From positions 208,638 through 240,637 of the forward strand of contig DLHS01000018.1 of the NCBI GenBank assembly GCA_002483345.1: a stretch of 32,000 bases of DNA. Reading direction: 5' to 3'. Below the pieces are notes generated by a model. The model saw nothing but the letters and a program-made list of their open reading frames with translations, was not told the DNA's origin and searched no databases. The stretch comes from Bacteroidetes bacterium UBA7662. GTDB taxonomy: Bacteria > Bacteroidota > Bacteroidia > UBA7662. How positions within the stretch are numbered: position 1 is the stretch's first letter; every line of letters starts with the position of its first letter. Position numbers and translations under genes: made by a program. Below, piece by piece: positions 1 through 9,400 of the stretch.

Positions 1-422
1 ATATTTTCTATCTCTCCTACATTCCAGGCAGAGACGATGATGCGGCGGGAATCGGGATTTTTTTTCAGGGTCTGAATCACCTGGCTGATCTGGTCGATGT
101 GGCGGCCATCGGCTGTGGGCCAGCTGCGCCACTGATAACCATAAACCGGCCCCAGTTCGCCATCTTGTCCTGCCCATTCATCCCAGATGCTCACACCGTT
201 TTCTTTCAGGTAGGCGATGTTGGTCTCTCCTTTCAGAAACCACAAAAGTTCATGTATGATGGACCTCAGATGCAGTTTTTTAGTCGTAACCAACGGAAAT
301 CCCTCCTGCAGATTAAAACGCATCTGATAGCCAAAAACACTGACAGTGCCGGTGCCGGTGCGGTCTTCTTTGCGTGCGCCGTTTTCGAGCACATGGCGCA
401 TGAGGTCGTGGTATTGTTTCAT
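1..422 (-). CDS. thyA: Thymidylate synthase, N-terminal ~140 aa; the gene runs off the left window edge
   Basis: Not in the supplied ORF track because there is no stop codon in the window. My reverse-strand translation from the ATG at 422-420 gives [140 protein letters not shown]. This is collinear with E. coli ThyA ([32 protein letters not shown], GPVYGx[14 protein letters not shown]). Confidence 0.95.
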   Translation of the reverse strand, partial: MKQYHDLMRHVLENGARKEDRTGTGTVSVFGYQMRFNLQEGFPLVTTKKLHLRSIIHELLWFLKGETNIAYLKENGVSIWDEWAGQDGELGPVYGYQWRSWPTADGRHIDQISQVIQTLKKNPDSRRIIVSAWNVGEIEN

Positions 423-567
423 ATGGAAAGTAAGAACGAAAGTAAAACAAGCAAACGTTTAAAAATGCACCGCTTTTACACAAAGTGAGTTTAAACCCCT
501 GCTCACACATATTAACAGACAGGGAAACCGCCCGATTGTGTATTTTAGTGCATAGAAATTTGATTTT

Positions 568-2769
568 ATGAAGCGAATACTATGGATCAGCCTCCTCGTG
601 GCAGGTTGCTCAATTTCAGCACTGGCTCAAACGCCGGGCAAAACAACCGGCGGTGGTCAGCAACTTACACTTCAGGAGATTTTTACCAGCGGTAAATTCA
701 GCGCCAGATCGTTATATGGTGTCAATCCGCTGAAAGACGGTAAAACTTATGCTTCGGTGGTTTATCAGCCATCGCAGGCCTTGGTGGTTTATGATTTTGC
801 CAGTGGTAAGGCCGTGGACACCCTGCTCAAACGTGCCTGGCTTACCCCTCAGGACAGCAGTAAACCCATCCGTTTCGGAAACTACACCCCTAATGCCGAC
901 GAAACCAAATTTTTGCTGAGCACAGACGAAGAACAGATTTACCGTCATTCAAGCCGGGAGAACAACTTTGTGTTTGACAAAAACACCAAAAGTCTGAAGG
1001 CACTTTCTCCTCATGGCAAACAGGCCTACGCCAATTTCTCCCCGGATGGCAAAAAAGTCGGTTTTATGAGAGATAATAACCTGTTCATCATCGACCTGGC
1101 AACGGGCCGGGAAGAACAGTTTACTTTCGACGGCAAGCAGAATGAAATCATCAACGGGGGCACCGATTGGGTGTATGAAGAAGAATTTGCTTTTACGAGG
1201 GCTTTTTTCTGGTCGGCCGACAGCAAAACCATCCTCTACTACAAATTTGATGAAAGAGCTGTGCCAGAGTTTCTGATGCCTATTTATGACGGGCTTTACC
1301 CTACCAATTTCCGTTTCAAATACCCTAAAGCAGGAGCGCAGAATGCCACGGTTAGTTTGCATCTCTACACCATTGATAACAAAACCACCCGTAAGGTGGA
1401 AATCGGAGACGGCATAGAATATGTTGCCCGTGCCGGCTGGACAAAAGACCCGAACATTGCCTGGTTTCAGCGGCTTAACCGCCACCAGAATAAGCTGGAA
1501 CTGGTGCTGGTAGATGCCCGTGACAATAGCAGCAAAGTTATCCTCACTGAAACCGACAAGGCCTGGGTGGATGTGGAAGATGACCTTACCTTTCTGGATC
1601 ATAAAAAATTTATCTGGAGCAGTGAGAGAAATGGCTACAAACATCTTTACCTCTATGACCTCAGTGGTGCCGAACTGGGTGCCATCACCCGGGGCAATTG
1701 GGATGTCACCAATTTTTACGGGGTAGATGAAAAAGCCGGGCTGGTGTATTTTCAGGCAGCTGACCCCAATCCTATGTCGCGTATGGTGTACAGTGTAAAG
1801 CTGGATGGCAGCGATATGACCAAAATCAGCTCCAGAGGGGGCAAAAATGCCGCTACTTTCAGTAAAAACTTCAGTCATTTTATCAACTATCACACCGATG
1901 CCAACAGCCCCACCGTTGTTTCAGTACATGATAAATCGGGCAAGGAAGTACGTATGGTGCAGGACAATGCCGATCTGCGCAAAACCCTGGCAGCGTATAA
2001 GCTGGTTAAAAAGGAGTTTTTCAGTTTCGCTAACAATGGCGGAGAGAGCCTGAATGGCTGGATGCTGAAGCCGGCCAATATGAATCCAAAGAAAAAATAC
2101 CCGGTGCTCATGTTTGTATATGGCGGCCCCGGCAGTCAGACAGTCGATGAGTCGTTCGGGCAATATTTCATGTGGTTTCAGTACCTCGTTCAGCAAGGAT
2201 ATGTGGTGGTATCGGTCGACAACCGGGGTACTGGTGCCCGTGGAGCAGCCTTCAAAAAAGTGACCTACCAGCAATTGGGTAAATACGAAATTGAGGATCA
2301 GATAGACGCTGCCAAATACCTCGGAACCCTTCCGTTTGTGGATGCCAAAAACATCGCCATGTTCGGCTGGAGTTATGGTGGCTATATGAGTTCACTGGCT
2401 ATCACCAAGGGTGCCGATGTCTTCAAAGCAGCTGTAGCCGTAGCTCCGGTCATCAACTGGCGTTTTTACGACAGCATTTACACCGAACGTTATATGCGTA
2501 CGCCGCAGGAAAACGCTGCAGGCTATGACGATAACAGTCCCAGCTCACATGCTGAAAAGCTCAAAGGCCCCTACCTCCTTATACATGGGACAGCAGACGA
2601 CAATGTACATTATCAAAACAGTATGGTGATGGTACAGAAGCTGGTAGATGCTAACAAACAATTTGATTTCATGGCCTATCCGGATAAAAACCATGGCATG
2701 GGGGGAAGCAGGACCAGTCTACAGTTGTTTACCAAGATTACCGGCTTTTTGAATGCTAACCTGAAGTAG
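568..2769 (+). CDS. Dipeptidyl-peptidase IV / prolyl-dipeptidyl aminopeptidase (peptidase family S9B), secreted or periplasmic
   Basis: 733-aa ORF with an ATG start. N-terminal signal peptide (MKRILWISLLVAGCSISALAQ). Long DPP-IV-type beta-propeller N-region (WSPDGK-like FSPDGKKVGF, DWVYEEEF). C-terminal alpha/beta-hydrolase with the S9 nucleophile elbow FGWSYGGYMS, acid HGTADDNVH and His in PDKNHGM. Confidence 0.9.
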   Translation: MKRILWISLLVAGCSISALAQTPGKTTGGGQQLTLQEIFTSGKFSARSLYGVNPLKDGKTYASVVYQPSQALVVYDFASGKAVDTLLKRAWLTPQDSSKPIRFGNYTPNADETKFLLSTDEEQIYRHSSRENNFVFDKNTKSLKALSPHGKQAYANFSPDGKKVGFMRDNNLFIIDLATGREEQFTFDGKQNEIINGGTDWVYEEEFAFTRAFFWSADSKTILYYKFDERAVPEFLMPIYDGLYPTNFRFKYPKAGAQNATVSLHLYTIDNKTTRKVEIGDGIEYVARAGWTKDPNIAWFQRLNRHQNKLELVLVDARDNSSKVILTETDKAWVDVEDDLTFLDHKKFIWSSERNGYKHLYLYDLSGAELGAITRGNWDVTNFYGVDEKAGLVYFQAADPNPMSRMVYSVKLDGSDMTKISSRGGKNAATFSKNFSHFINYHTDANSPTVVSVHDKSGKEVRMVQDNADLRKTLAAYKLVKKEFFSFANNGGESLNGWMLKPANMNPKKKYPVLMFVYGGPGSQTVDESFGQYFMWFQYLVQQGYVVVSVDNRGTGARGAAFKKVTYQQLGKYEIEDQIDAAKYLGTLPFVDAKNIAMFGWSYGGYMSSLAITKGADVFKAAVAVAPVINWRFYDSIYTERYMRTPQENAAGYDDNSPSSHAEKLKGPYLLIHGTADDNVHYQNSMVMVQKLVDANKQFDFMAYPDKNHGMGGSRTSLQLFTKITGFLNANLK

Positions 2770-2770
2770 G

Positions 2771-2921
2771 AGACATCGAGATTTCGAGAGGCGAGAAACG
2801 AGACTTTTGATGGTATGTGGCCCTTTGGGCCACTCGTTTAGGCACAAAAAGGGCTGGTTCAATTGAACCAGCCCTTTTTTTTTAAAGTCTCGCACTCTCG
2901 CCTCTCGCACGCTTGATGTCT
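2771..2921. repeat. Nested palindromic element filling the whole stop-to-stop gap between the convergent DPP-IV and POT genes
   Basis: The outer imperfect inverted repeat is agacatcgagatttcgagaggcgagaaacgagact (2771-2805) against agtctcgcactctcgcctctcgcacgcttgatgtct (2886-2921). The left arm is built from iterated cgaga pentamers and the right arm from tctcg. It encloses hairpin gtggccc-ttt-gggccac (2817-2833) and the terminator hairpin at 2846-2883. Confidence 0.6.
2846..2883. terminator. Bidirectional rho-independent terminator shared by the convergent DPP-IV (+) and POT (-) genes
   Basis: Perfect 10-bp stem gggctggttc / gaaccagccc (2851-2860 / 2865-2874) with loop aatt. It is flanked by an A5 tract (2846-2850) and a T9 tract (2875-2883), so it gives a U-tract on either strand. 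Confidence 0.75.
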
Positions 2922-4443
2922 ATTTCACATCCCCCATCAGCTTGCGCATGAGGGGTGAGATGACTATAAGCACAACACCTGCAATGAGGGCATAGAGGGC
3001 GAACTGTTTATACCCTTCTGTGTAAGAGATCAGCTTATCCATGGCCGTTGCATTTTCAATGTCAGATACAATACTGGCACCAAAAAGGCCGGCAACATAC
3101 TGGCCATAGGCCGATGCCAGGAACCACATACCCATCATGATACCCTGCAGGCGTGCAGGTGATAATTTGGTCATGATAGAAAGGCCGATAGGCGATAAAC
3201 AGAGCTCTCCGAGAGTCACCACGAAGTAGGCAATGGTGAATACATCCAACGAGGTAATACCTGCCGCGGAGGCGAACAGCCGCGTTGAGAAGAAAGTATA
3301 GAAGGCAAGCCCAAGCATGATAAAACCTATACCGAATTTGATGACGGTGTTGGGCTCGATTTTCTTTTTGGCCATCGCAATCCAAAGGAGGCCGACGATA
3401 GGCGCGAAAATGATGACGAAAAGGGAATTGGCGGAGTTATTCACGCCGTTCGGGTCGAGGGTAAACACCCCAAGCAGCTTGTTGTCCAGATTGTTGGCGG
3501 CAAACAGGCTCAGAGAGCCTCCTGCCTGCTCGAAAATAGCCCAGAAAACAACTGAGAACAGAATAAACAACAGGGCCGCTATCAGTTTTTTCACCTCATC
3601 GCGGTTGTGTTTAGTCATTTCATAAAACAGGTAAATCAAACTGAACGGCCCGATGATGTACATGAACCAGTCGGTATATACCGTGTTTGAAACCATTTTG
3701 ATGATGACAGGAATCGATAACAGGCCTCCGATGTAAACGGCATATTCCTGCCATTTCTTTTTGTCTTTCACCAGGGTTGCATCACCAAGTTTGGCGGTTT
3801 CAAAAGGCGATAAGCCGATGGGGCCCATGGTTTTGCGGGTGAATACAAAGGTGATAAGGCTGATGGTCATCACCACGGCTACGAGTCCGAAGGCAACATT
3901 CCAGCGGGCGGTTTCCGGCACAATGGAGGCCAGCATATTCCCCTTGCCAATGGCGATACAGGCGTATCCACCTAAAAGGGCACCCAGGTTAATCCCCGAA
4001 TAGAAGAGAGAGAAACCGGCGTCTCTGCGGGTATCATTTTTCTTATAGAGCGCTCCCACCATGGTAGAGATATTGGGCTTAAAAAAGCCCGTTCCGATGA
4101 TGTTGAAGCTCAATCCGAGAAAGAAAAACTCCTTCGGATCATAACATAGTATCAGACTGCCGGTAATCATCAGCAACCCTCCCCAGAAGAGCGATTTTCG
4201 GAAACCCAGGATTTTGTCGGCAAACAAACCTCCGATAAAGGTGAAGGCGTATACAAAAGCCTGTGTGGCGCCGTATTGCAGGTTGGCAGACCTTTCATCC
4301 ATGAAAAGCTGGTTGACCATGAAGAAGGTAAGCATCCCCCTCATGCCGTAGAAACTGAATCGTTCCCACATTTCGGATAGGAACAGGTACCAAAGCTGCT
4401 TTGGATATTTCCCTTCGAAGTTTTGTATGGCTTCTAATTGCAT
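2920..4443 (-). CDS. Proton-dependent oligopeptide transporter (POT/PTR2 family, MFS), di/tripeptide:H+ symporter
   Basis: 507-aa ORF with an ATG start. POT signature ExxERFxYYG (SEMWERFSFYGMR), PTR2 motif GGLFADKILGFRKS and FFKPNISTMVG, TM7 motif FWAIFEQAGGSL. Hydrophobic throughout, with about 14 predicted helices. Confidence 0.9.
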   Translation of the reverse strand: MQLEAIQNFEGKYPKQLWYLFLSEMWERFSFYGMRGMLTFFMVNQLFMDERSANLQYGATQAFVYAFTFIGGLFADKILGFRKSLFWGGLLMITGSLILCYDPKEFFFLGLSFNIIGTGFFKPNISTMVGALYKKNDTRRDAGFSLFYSGINLGALLGGYACIAIGKGNMLASIVPETARWNVAFGLVAVVMTISLITFVFTRKTMGPIGLSPFETAKLGDATLVKDKKKWQEYAVYIGGLLSIPVIIKMVSNTVYTDWFMYIIGPFSLIYLFYEMTKHNRDEVKKLIAALLFILFSVVFWAIFEQAGGSLSLFAANNLDNKLLGVFTLDPNGVNNSANSLFVIIFAPIVGLLWIAMAKKKIEPNTVIKFGIGFIMLGLAFYTFFSTRLFASAAGITSLDVFTIAYFVVTLGELCLSPIGLSIMTKLSPARLQGIMMGMWFLASAYGQYVAGLFGASIVSDIENATAMDKLISYTEGYKQFALYALIAGVVLIVISPLMRKLMGDVK

Positions 4444-4514
4444 ATTAAATAGATAATTATCGTGAATGAGTTCTGACAGCTGTTTCTACGCTTATCAGTT
4501 CCCGCTGGTTGTTT

Positions 4515-6230
4515 TTACTTAACATTGTTCTCGCGCATCACGCCGTTCATCCACTTCAGCATGAGTATCATGACGGTAGCGGCAACCATGACGAGGACAA
4601 AATTCAGCAGGAAGAAATTTTCCTTCTGCTCAATGCCTTCCCACAAGCCCGATAACATACCGGAAAGTTTGTTCCCTACAGAAACCGCCAGGAAAAAGCC
4701 GCCCATCATAAGGGCTGTAATACGGGGTGGTGACAACTTGGACACCAGGGAAAGGCCCATGGGCGACAGGCACAACTCACCGACAGTGATGACGCCATAC
4801 GATGCCAGCAACCAGAATGACCCTGCTTTTATCGATAAATCGTTGGTCGCAAACACAGCACCTACCATCACCAGTGCCGAAAGCGCCGTAATGACCAGAC
4901 CAATCGCAATTTTAGAAGGCGTGCTTGGTTCTCTTTTTTTACTGCGCATAAAACCGAAAATACCCACAATCACAGGGGTCAGTACGACTACCCAGAAAGG
5001 GTTCATGGACTGATACAACTCTGTTGAATACAATTTCAGGTTTTCACCCTTGGCCGGAATTTCCTCTGCCGGCAAGGTGGCAAAATATTTACGCGACTTC
5101 TCCAGCTGACCGATGGAACTGGAAAACCTGGCTTTGGCCAGTAATTCTTCTACAGAAACTGCCGGCATGGCTGCTTCCTGAGCACGAAGTACGTTGATGG
5201 TAGAATCGAAAGTGGCTTGTGGTGCCGAAACGATGTCGTTGTTTACCACCACCTGGGCCATTCCTACCTTATCAGCCACTTGGGCGACACTTTCGGACAT
5301 CTGGCGATCGGTATGATTTTCGGCCCAAACGGTGAGCGCATCTCCGTTTTGGTGGAAGATGGCGAAAAACAGGATGATACAGGTAAATGCTGCCAGCAAG
5401 GCTTTGATGGCCCGGCTTTCTTTGGCTTCAGATTTGAATGCCAGGTATACAAAAAAAGCGATGACAGGAATACAACCAATGATAAAGGCATCGTTGGTAT
5501 CGGTTCCCAGGAAATTGCCGGGTATGAGATAACCGATGATACCAAAAATAAACATCGGTACGACTGTCATGGAGAATATTTTGCCTGTAGACATGTCTCC
5601 CTTTTGAACCGGTTTGATTACATCTACATGTTTGATATGCCGGGTTCCTGACAAGAAAATGAGGACACCGAGCAGCATACCTACACCAGCCGCTGCAAAG
5701 GCATAGCCCCAGCCATAATTGATGCGCATATAGGCAGCTACAAAATTGCAGATGAAGGCACCGATGTTGATGCCCATGTAGAAGATATTATACCCTGCAT
5801 CCTTTTTATCCTTCATATCGTCGGCACTGTAGAGATTGCCTACCATGGTGGAGATATTCGGCTTGAAAAAGCCATTACCCAGGATAATGAAAAGCAGACC
5901 GGCATAGAAGGTCGTAGTATCGTGGATGGAAAGCAGAAAATAACCCATGGCCATAGATAAACCACCCAACACAATGGCTCTGCGGTAGCCTAAAATTCTA
6001 TCAGCAAGGAGGCCGCCAATAAAGGGGGTGAGATAAACCAACCCCAGATAAGTACCATAGATGTCCGATTTTTTGATGGGGTCGAACCCCATCCCCCCGT
6101 TGTTCCAGCCATCCAGCATATACAACGAAAAGATTCCCAGCATCAGATAGTATCCAAAGCGTTCCCACATCTCGGTGGCAAACAAAAACCACAAGCCTGT
6201 GGGATGCCCCTTTTTAATAGCATTTTCCAT
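4515..6230 (-). CDS. Second POT/PTR2 family peptide:H+ symporter, with a ~100-aa hydrophilic insertion in the TM7-TM8 loop
   Basis: The track ORF (to 6290) begins at a TTG. The in-frame ATG at 6230 gives MENAIKKGHPTGLWFLFATEMWERFGYYLML, which matches normal POT N-termini; ATG 6272 is an alternative. Motifs: EMWERFGYY, GGLLADRILGYRR, FFKPNISTMVG, FAIFHQNG. Only 71 bp and no obvious hairpin separate it from the downstream POT gene, so co-transcription is possible. Confidence 0.87.
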   Translation of the reverse strand: MENAIKKGHPTGLWFLFATEMWERFGYYLMLGIFSLYMLDGWNNGGMGFDPIKKSDIYGTYLGLVYLTPFIGGLLADRILGYRRAIVLGGLSMAMGYFLLSIHDTTTFYAGLLFIILGNGFFKPNISTMVGNLYSADDMKDKKDAGYNIFYMGINIGAFICNFVAAYMRINYGWGYAFAAAGVGMLLGVLIFLSGTRHIKHVDVIKPVQKGDMSTGKIFSMTVVPMFIFGIIGYLIPGNFLGTDTNDAFIIGCIPVIAFFVYLAFKSEAKESRAIKALLAAFTCIILFFAIFHQNGDALTVWAENHTDRQMSESVAQVADKVGMAQVVVNNDIVSAPQATFDSTINVLRAQEAAMPAVSVEELLAKARFSSSIGQLEKSRKYFATLPAEEIPAKGENLKLYSTELYQSMNPFWVVVLTPVIVGIFGFMRSKKREPSTPSKIAIGLVITALSALVMVGAVFATNDLSIKAGSFWLLASYGVITVGELCLSPMGLSLVSKLSPPRITALMMGGFFLAVSVGNKLSGMLSGLWEGIEQKENFFLLNFVLVMVAATVMILMLKWMNGVMRENNVK

Positions 6231-6420
6231 AAAATCGATCAGGTTTAACAGCCGAATATAATACAAATTCATGTTTAGCAGCCATTGCAAGGCCGAATTA
6301 GCTACTTAAATCAAACGCTGTTTTCCCGTCGCTGAACTGCAGGTTTGAATCATTTCCAGACAGCCCCTGCCTCGCCCTGGTTAAACCCTTGCTTTCAGGA
6401 GATTTAAACAATCCGGACGG

Positions 6421-6461
6421 GCTGAAAAACAAAAGCCCTTCTGTTTGCACAAAAGGGCTTT
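6421..6461 (-). terminator. Rho-independent terminator of giant gene 1
   Basis: 9-bp stem aaagccctt (6432-6440) / aagggcttt (6453-6461) with a 12-nt loop. On the minus strand it is followed by ttttgtttttc. It lies 20 bp after the stop at 6481. Confidence 0.6.
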
Positions 6462-6480
6462 GTCATTGCATCGTCTGTAA

Positions 6481-9400
6481 TCAGTGGCGAACCATGATTT
6501 TGCCGCTGGCAGATTTTGTTTTACTGCTGATCTGGTAACTGTACCAGCCATTTGGCCATACCTGGGTATCAATTTCCACCGAATGGGCATCTACTGCCAT
6601 TTCGCGGCGGTAAACTTCTCTTCCAAGGGCATCAAAAATTTTCAGGATGGTTTCACTGTGTAATGCTTCTTCCCAGGTCATGAAAACCTTAGCATCGGCA
6701 GGATTGGGATAGGTGGTTACAGCCAGTTTACCAGGGTTGTATACACTTCCTCCGAAAAGCACTTCCTTGCACAGACTATCCTGTGATCCTGATATCCAGA
6801 CACAGACCACATTGCTTTGCAAGGCGAAAAGAATCGGCAAGCTGAAGGTAAATTGAATTGAATCGCCGGCTGGAATAGGCTGCGATACAGTATTGGCAAT
6901 AATCGGGCTGCTGCCGTTCAGGTTGTAGGTCACTTCGAACGGGGTGGTCGATGTATTTCCGCTGTTACCAAGCATAATGCGCACGTCATGTGGGCCTATA
7001 CCGACCGGATGGCTTTCGGGGCTGATGATGCGCTTTATAAACGGCGCACTCAGCGTGCCTCTGATCAGAATAGAGTCACTCAGGGTACAAGTGCCCCTGT
7101 TCACTTCCAGTTGAATGTCACGATCCTGGGTAATGGCAATTGACAATGTTTTACCTGTTCCCAGTATATTACTGCCATCCAGCCATGCTACACTATCGAG
7201 TGGATCTTCCATGATAAAGGCACCATTCATAATCGCAAAACCAGCAGAAGTGCCGTTCGGCTGATTAAACCGCAGTCCGTGATAAACCGTCAGATTGCTG
7301 TCGGTAGCTGCAACCGTGGTAGCAGACTGTCCGGCAGACAGCAGGAGCGCCGCTGAATCAGCTGTTTCAATTTCAAACATATATCGTCTGCCTTTCATCA
7401 GCATGACCGGTGTTTCGAAGTTAACCCGGCTGTACCCATTAATATCCGGCAAGGCACCGGGTTTAACGACAGCGGTGACCAGTTTGCCCCCATTAAAACC
7501 GGGTGCATAAAGGTTGCCATAACGGACCGTGACAGAAGTACGGCGACCAAGACGGACATCCAGGGCGCTTACGATTCCGGTCCGTTTGGCATCCACCTCA
7601 AACCGCAGTTTCTGTCCGTTCTCTCCACCACCTGCCGACACCTCCAGTCTGCTATCGTACATGAAGCCATCCAGCAATACCACCGTTCCTCCGTTAGAAA
7701 TAGTTCTGTCCGGCCCCAAAACCGGTTTGGTAGCCCCATCCACATAACGAAACAAGGCACTGGTATCGGCATTGCCCAATATGCTGCTGACAACTGCCTG
7801 TAATTCTATTTCTTCGCCCCAGTTTGCCGCAGGAACGGTAGCCAGAAATGCCCCTGCTGCAGGGCTGAAAGTGGCTGTCACCGAACGTGGTCCGGTAGGG
7901 GTACGGTATGCTACAGAAGCGTTGGCAACGGCCGTAGGGTTTGGCACATAGATGGCCACGCTATGTGTAATCGGTGTACAATTATCTCCTGGGGTTACAT
8001 CCACACCGGCAATCAGTGCATTGGCCGGTTCTTCCAGATGTAAATCGTCGATGGCAAACCCTTCCCCTTGAATGTTATTGGCATTGCTGAAGAAATTAAT
8101 CCTGAAAATGACACTGCTGTTACCACGCAAGGCTCCCAGAGACATGCGTGCTTCGAGCCAGTTGGTGCCACTTTGATTACCGGTCCATACAGGCTGTCCA
8201 TGAGAAACAACCACACTGTCTGCATTGTACCAGCTACTGCCTGAGCCCACTATACCCAGCACCTGCCAGCTCTGTCCGCCGTCGGTAGAATAGGTAACAT
8301 TGGCCCCAGCGTTCACAGTCATGTAGGCACGATACCGGAAGCTCAGTTCAGGGCGAACGGCATTGGTAAAGTCAAAACAAGGGCTTTGCAACCATGAACG
8401 TTCTTCAAAATGGTAGTTACCGCTTAGATTGGTCGCCCATATCTGTGTTCCGGCTGTTGCTGAATTGATGAGGGTAGCTGTTGGCACACCCCTTTCCCAA
8501 CTGCTGTTTCTGCCTCCTGCGTACCAGTCACCGGATGTTTCAAAACTATTTGCATAAGGCATGGAAGCTGCAGCAAGGTAAACTACTGTTTTGCGGATAG
8601 TGTCCAGTTCATATTCGGTATCTGACCCGAGGCTTGTATTCACCTGAAGCAAATAAGCGGTATTGGGTGTATTGAATCCCAGTGGCAAACTAAATATAGC
8701 CGTATCCGTTTCACCGGGCTGAACCGCTGAAGCAGGTGTGTGGGTAAGATTAAGTACTGTTCCCTGATCTATCCGGACCTCCACAGGAATAGCTGCCAGT
8801 GCATTTAAACCGTCATTCCTCAGCAAAATTTTCAGATCAGTATTACTACCGAATGAACAGGCATCGGCAGGAGACAGGATTGCTGCCACTGATGGGTCTT
8901 CGAGCGGATATTCCGCAAACCGGATGTCATCGATGGCGTAATCTCCTTCAAAACCGGCACCACGTTCTACAACAAAACTAATGCGGGTAGCATTGGCTGG
9001 TAAAAGCATCCGGTGCCGTTTCCAGGGTTCACGGCTGTAAAATTGTTGCTGACCGCGTAAGGTATCCAGTGGTAACCAGGCCGGTCCTGAGGTCTGATAA
9101 AACAATTGAAGTTCGTAAATATCTGCCCCGTAGGCATGGTACCAGAACTCCAGCATCGGATGGGTCAATGCTGCCAAATCCAGACAAGGCGAAACAAGCT
9201 CGGCGGTAGAGCCTGCCGAACCATTGGAAGATTCCACATAGAGATAACGGCCACTACCGCTTCGGGTAGTATGGTCCGCATCAGGGCCTGTACTTCCTGT
9301 AGAAGTAGGACCTGCCTGGCTGAACCAACGGAAAGTACCGGCACTGGAAGTCCAGCCATTTTCAAAGGCCGGCAAACCTGGATTAACCGACTCAAAATTT

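Noticed and set aside
99-488. 129-aa plus-strand ORF at the left edge (and the 65-aa minus ORF 313-510)
   Set aside because: It lies antisense to, or out of frame with, an unmistakable thyA reading frame (minus strand, 1-422). The track omits that frame only because it has no stop in the window. The 129-aa product has no recognisable features.
423-567. Promoter calls for thyA, DPP-IV, the POT genes and giant genes 1 and 2
   Set aside because: I found only near-matches to TAnnTTTG, such as tagaaatttg at ~553-562 and tgaatttg on the minus strand upstream of 6230. None was exact, so they are not reported as features.
949-1893. 314-aa minus-strand ORF inside the DPP-IV gene
   Set aside because: It is fully antisense to a confidently identified S9B peptidase gene. 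Its translation is low-complexity with no motifs, so it is a typical shadow ORF.
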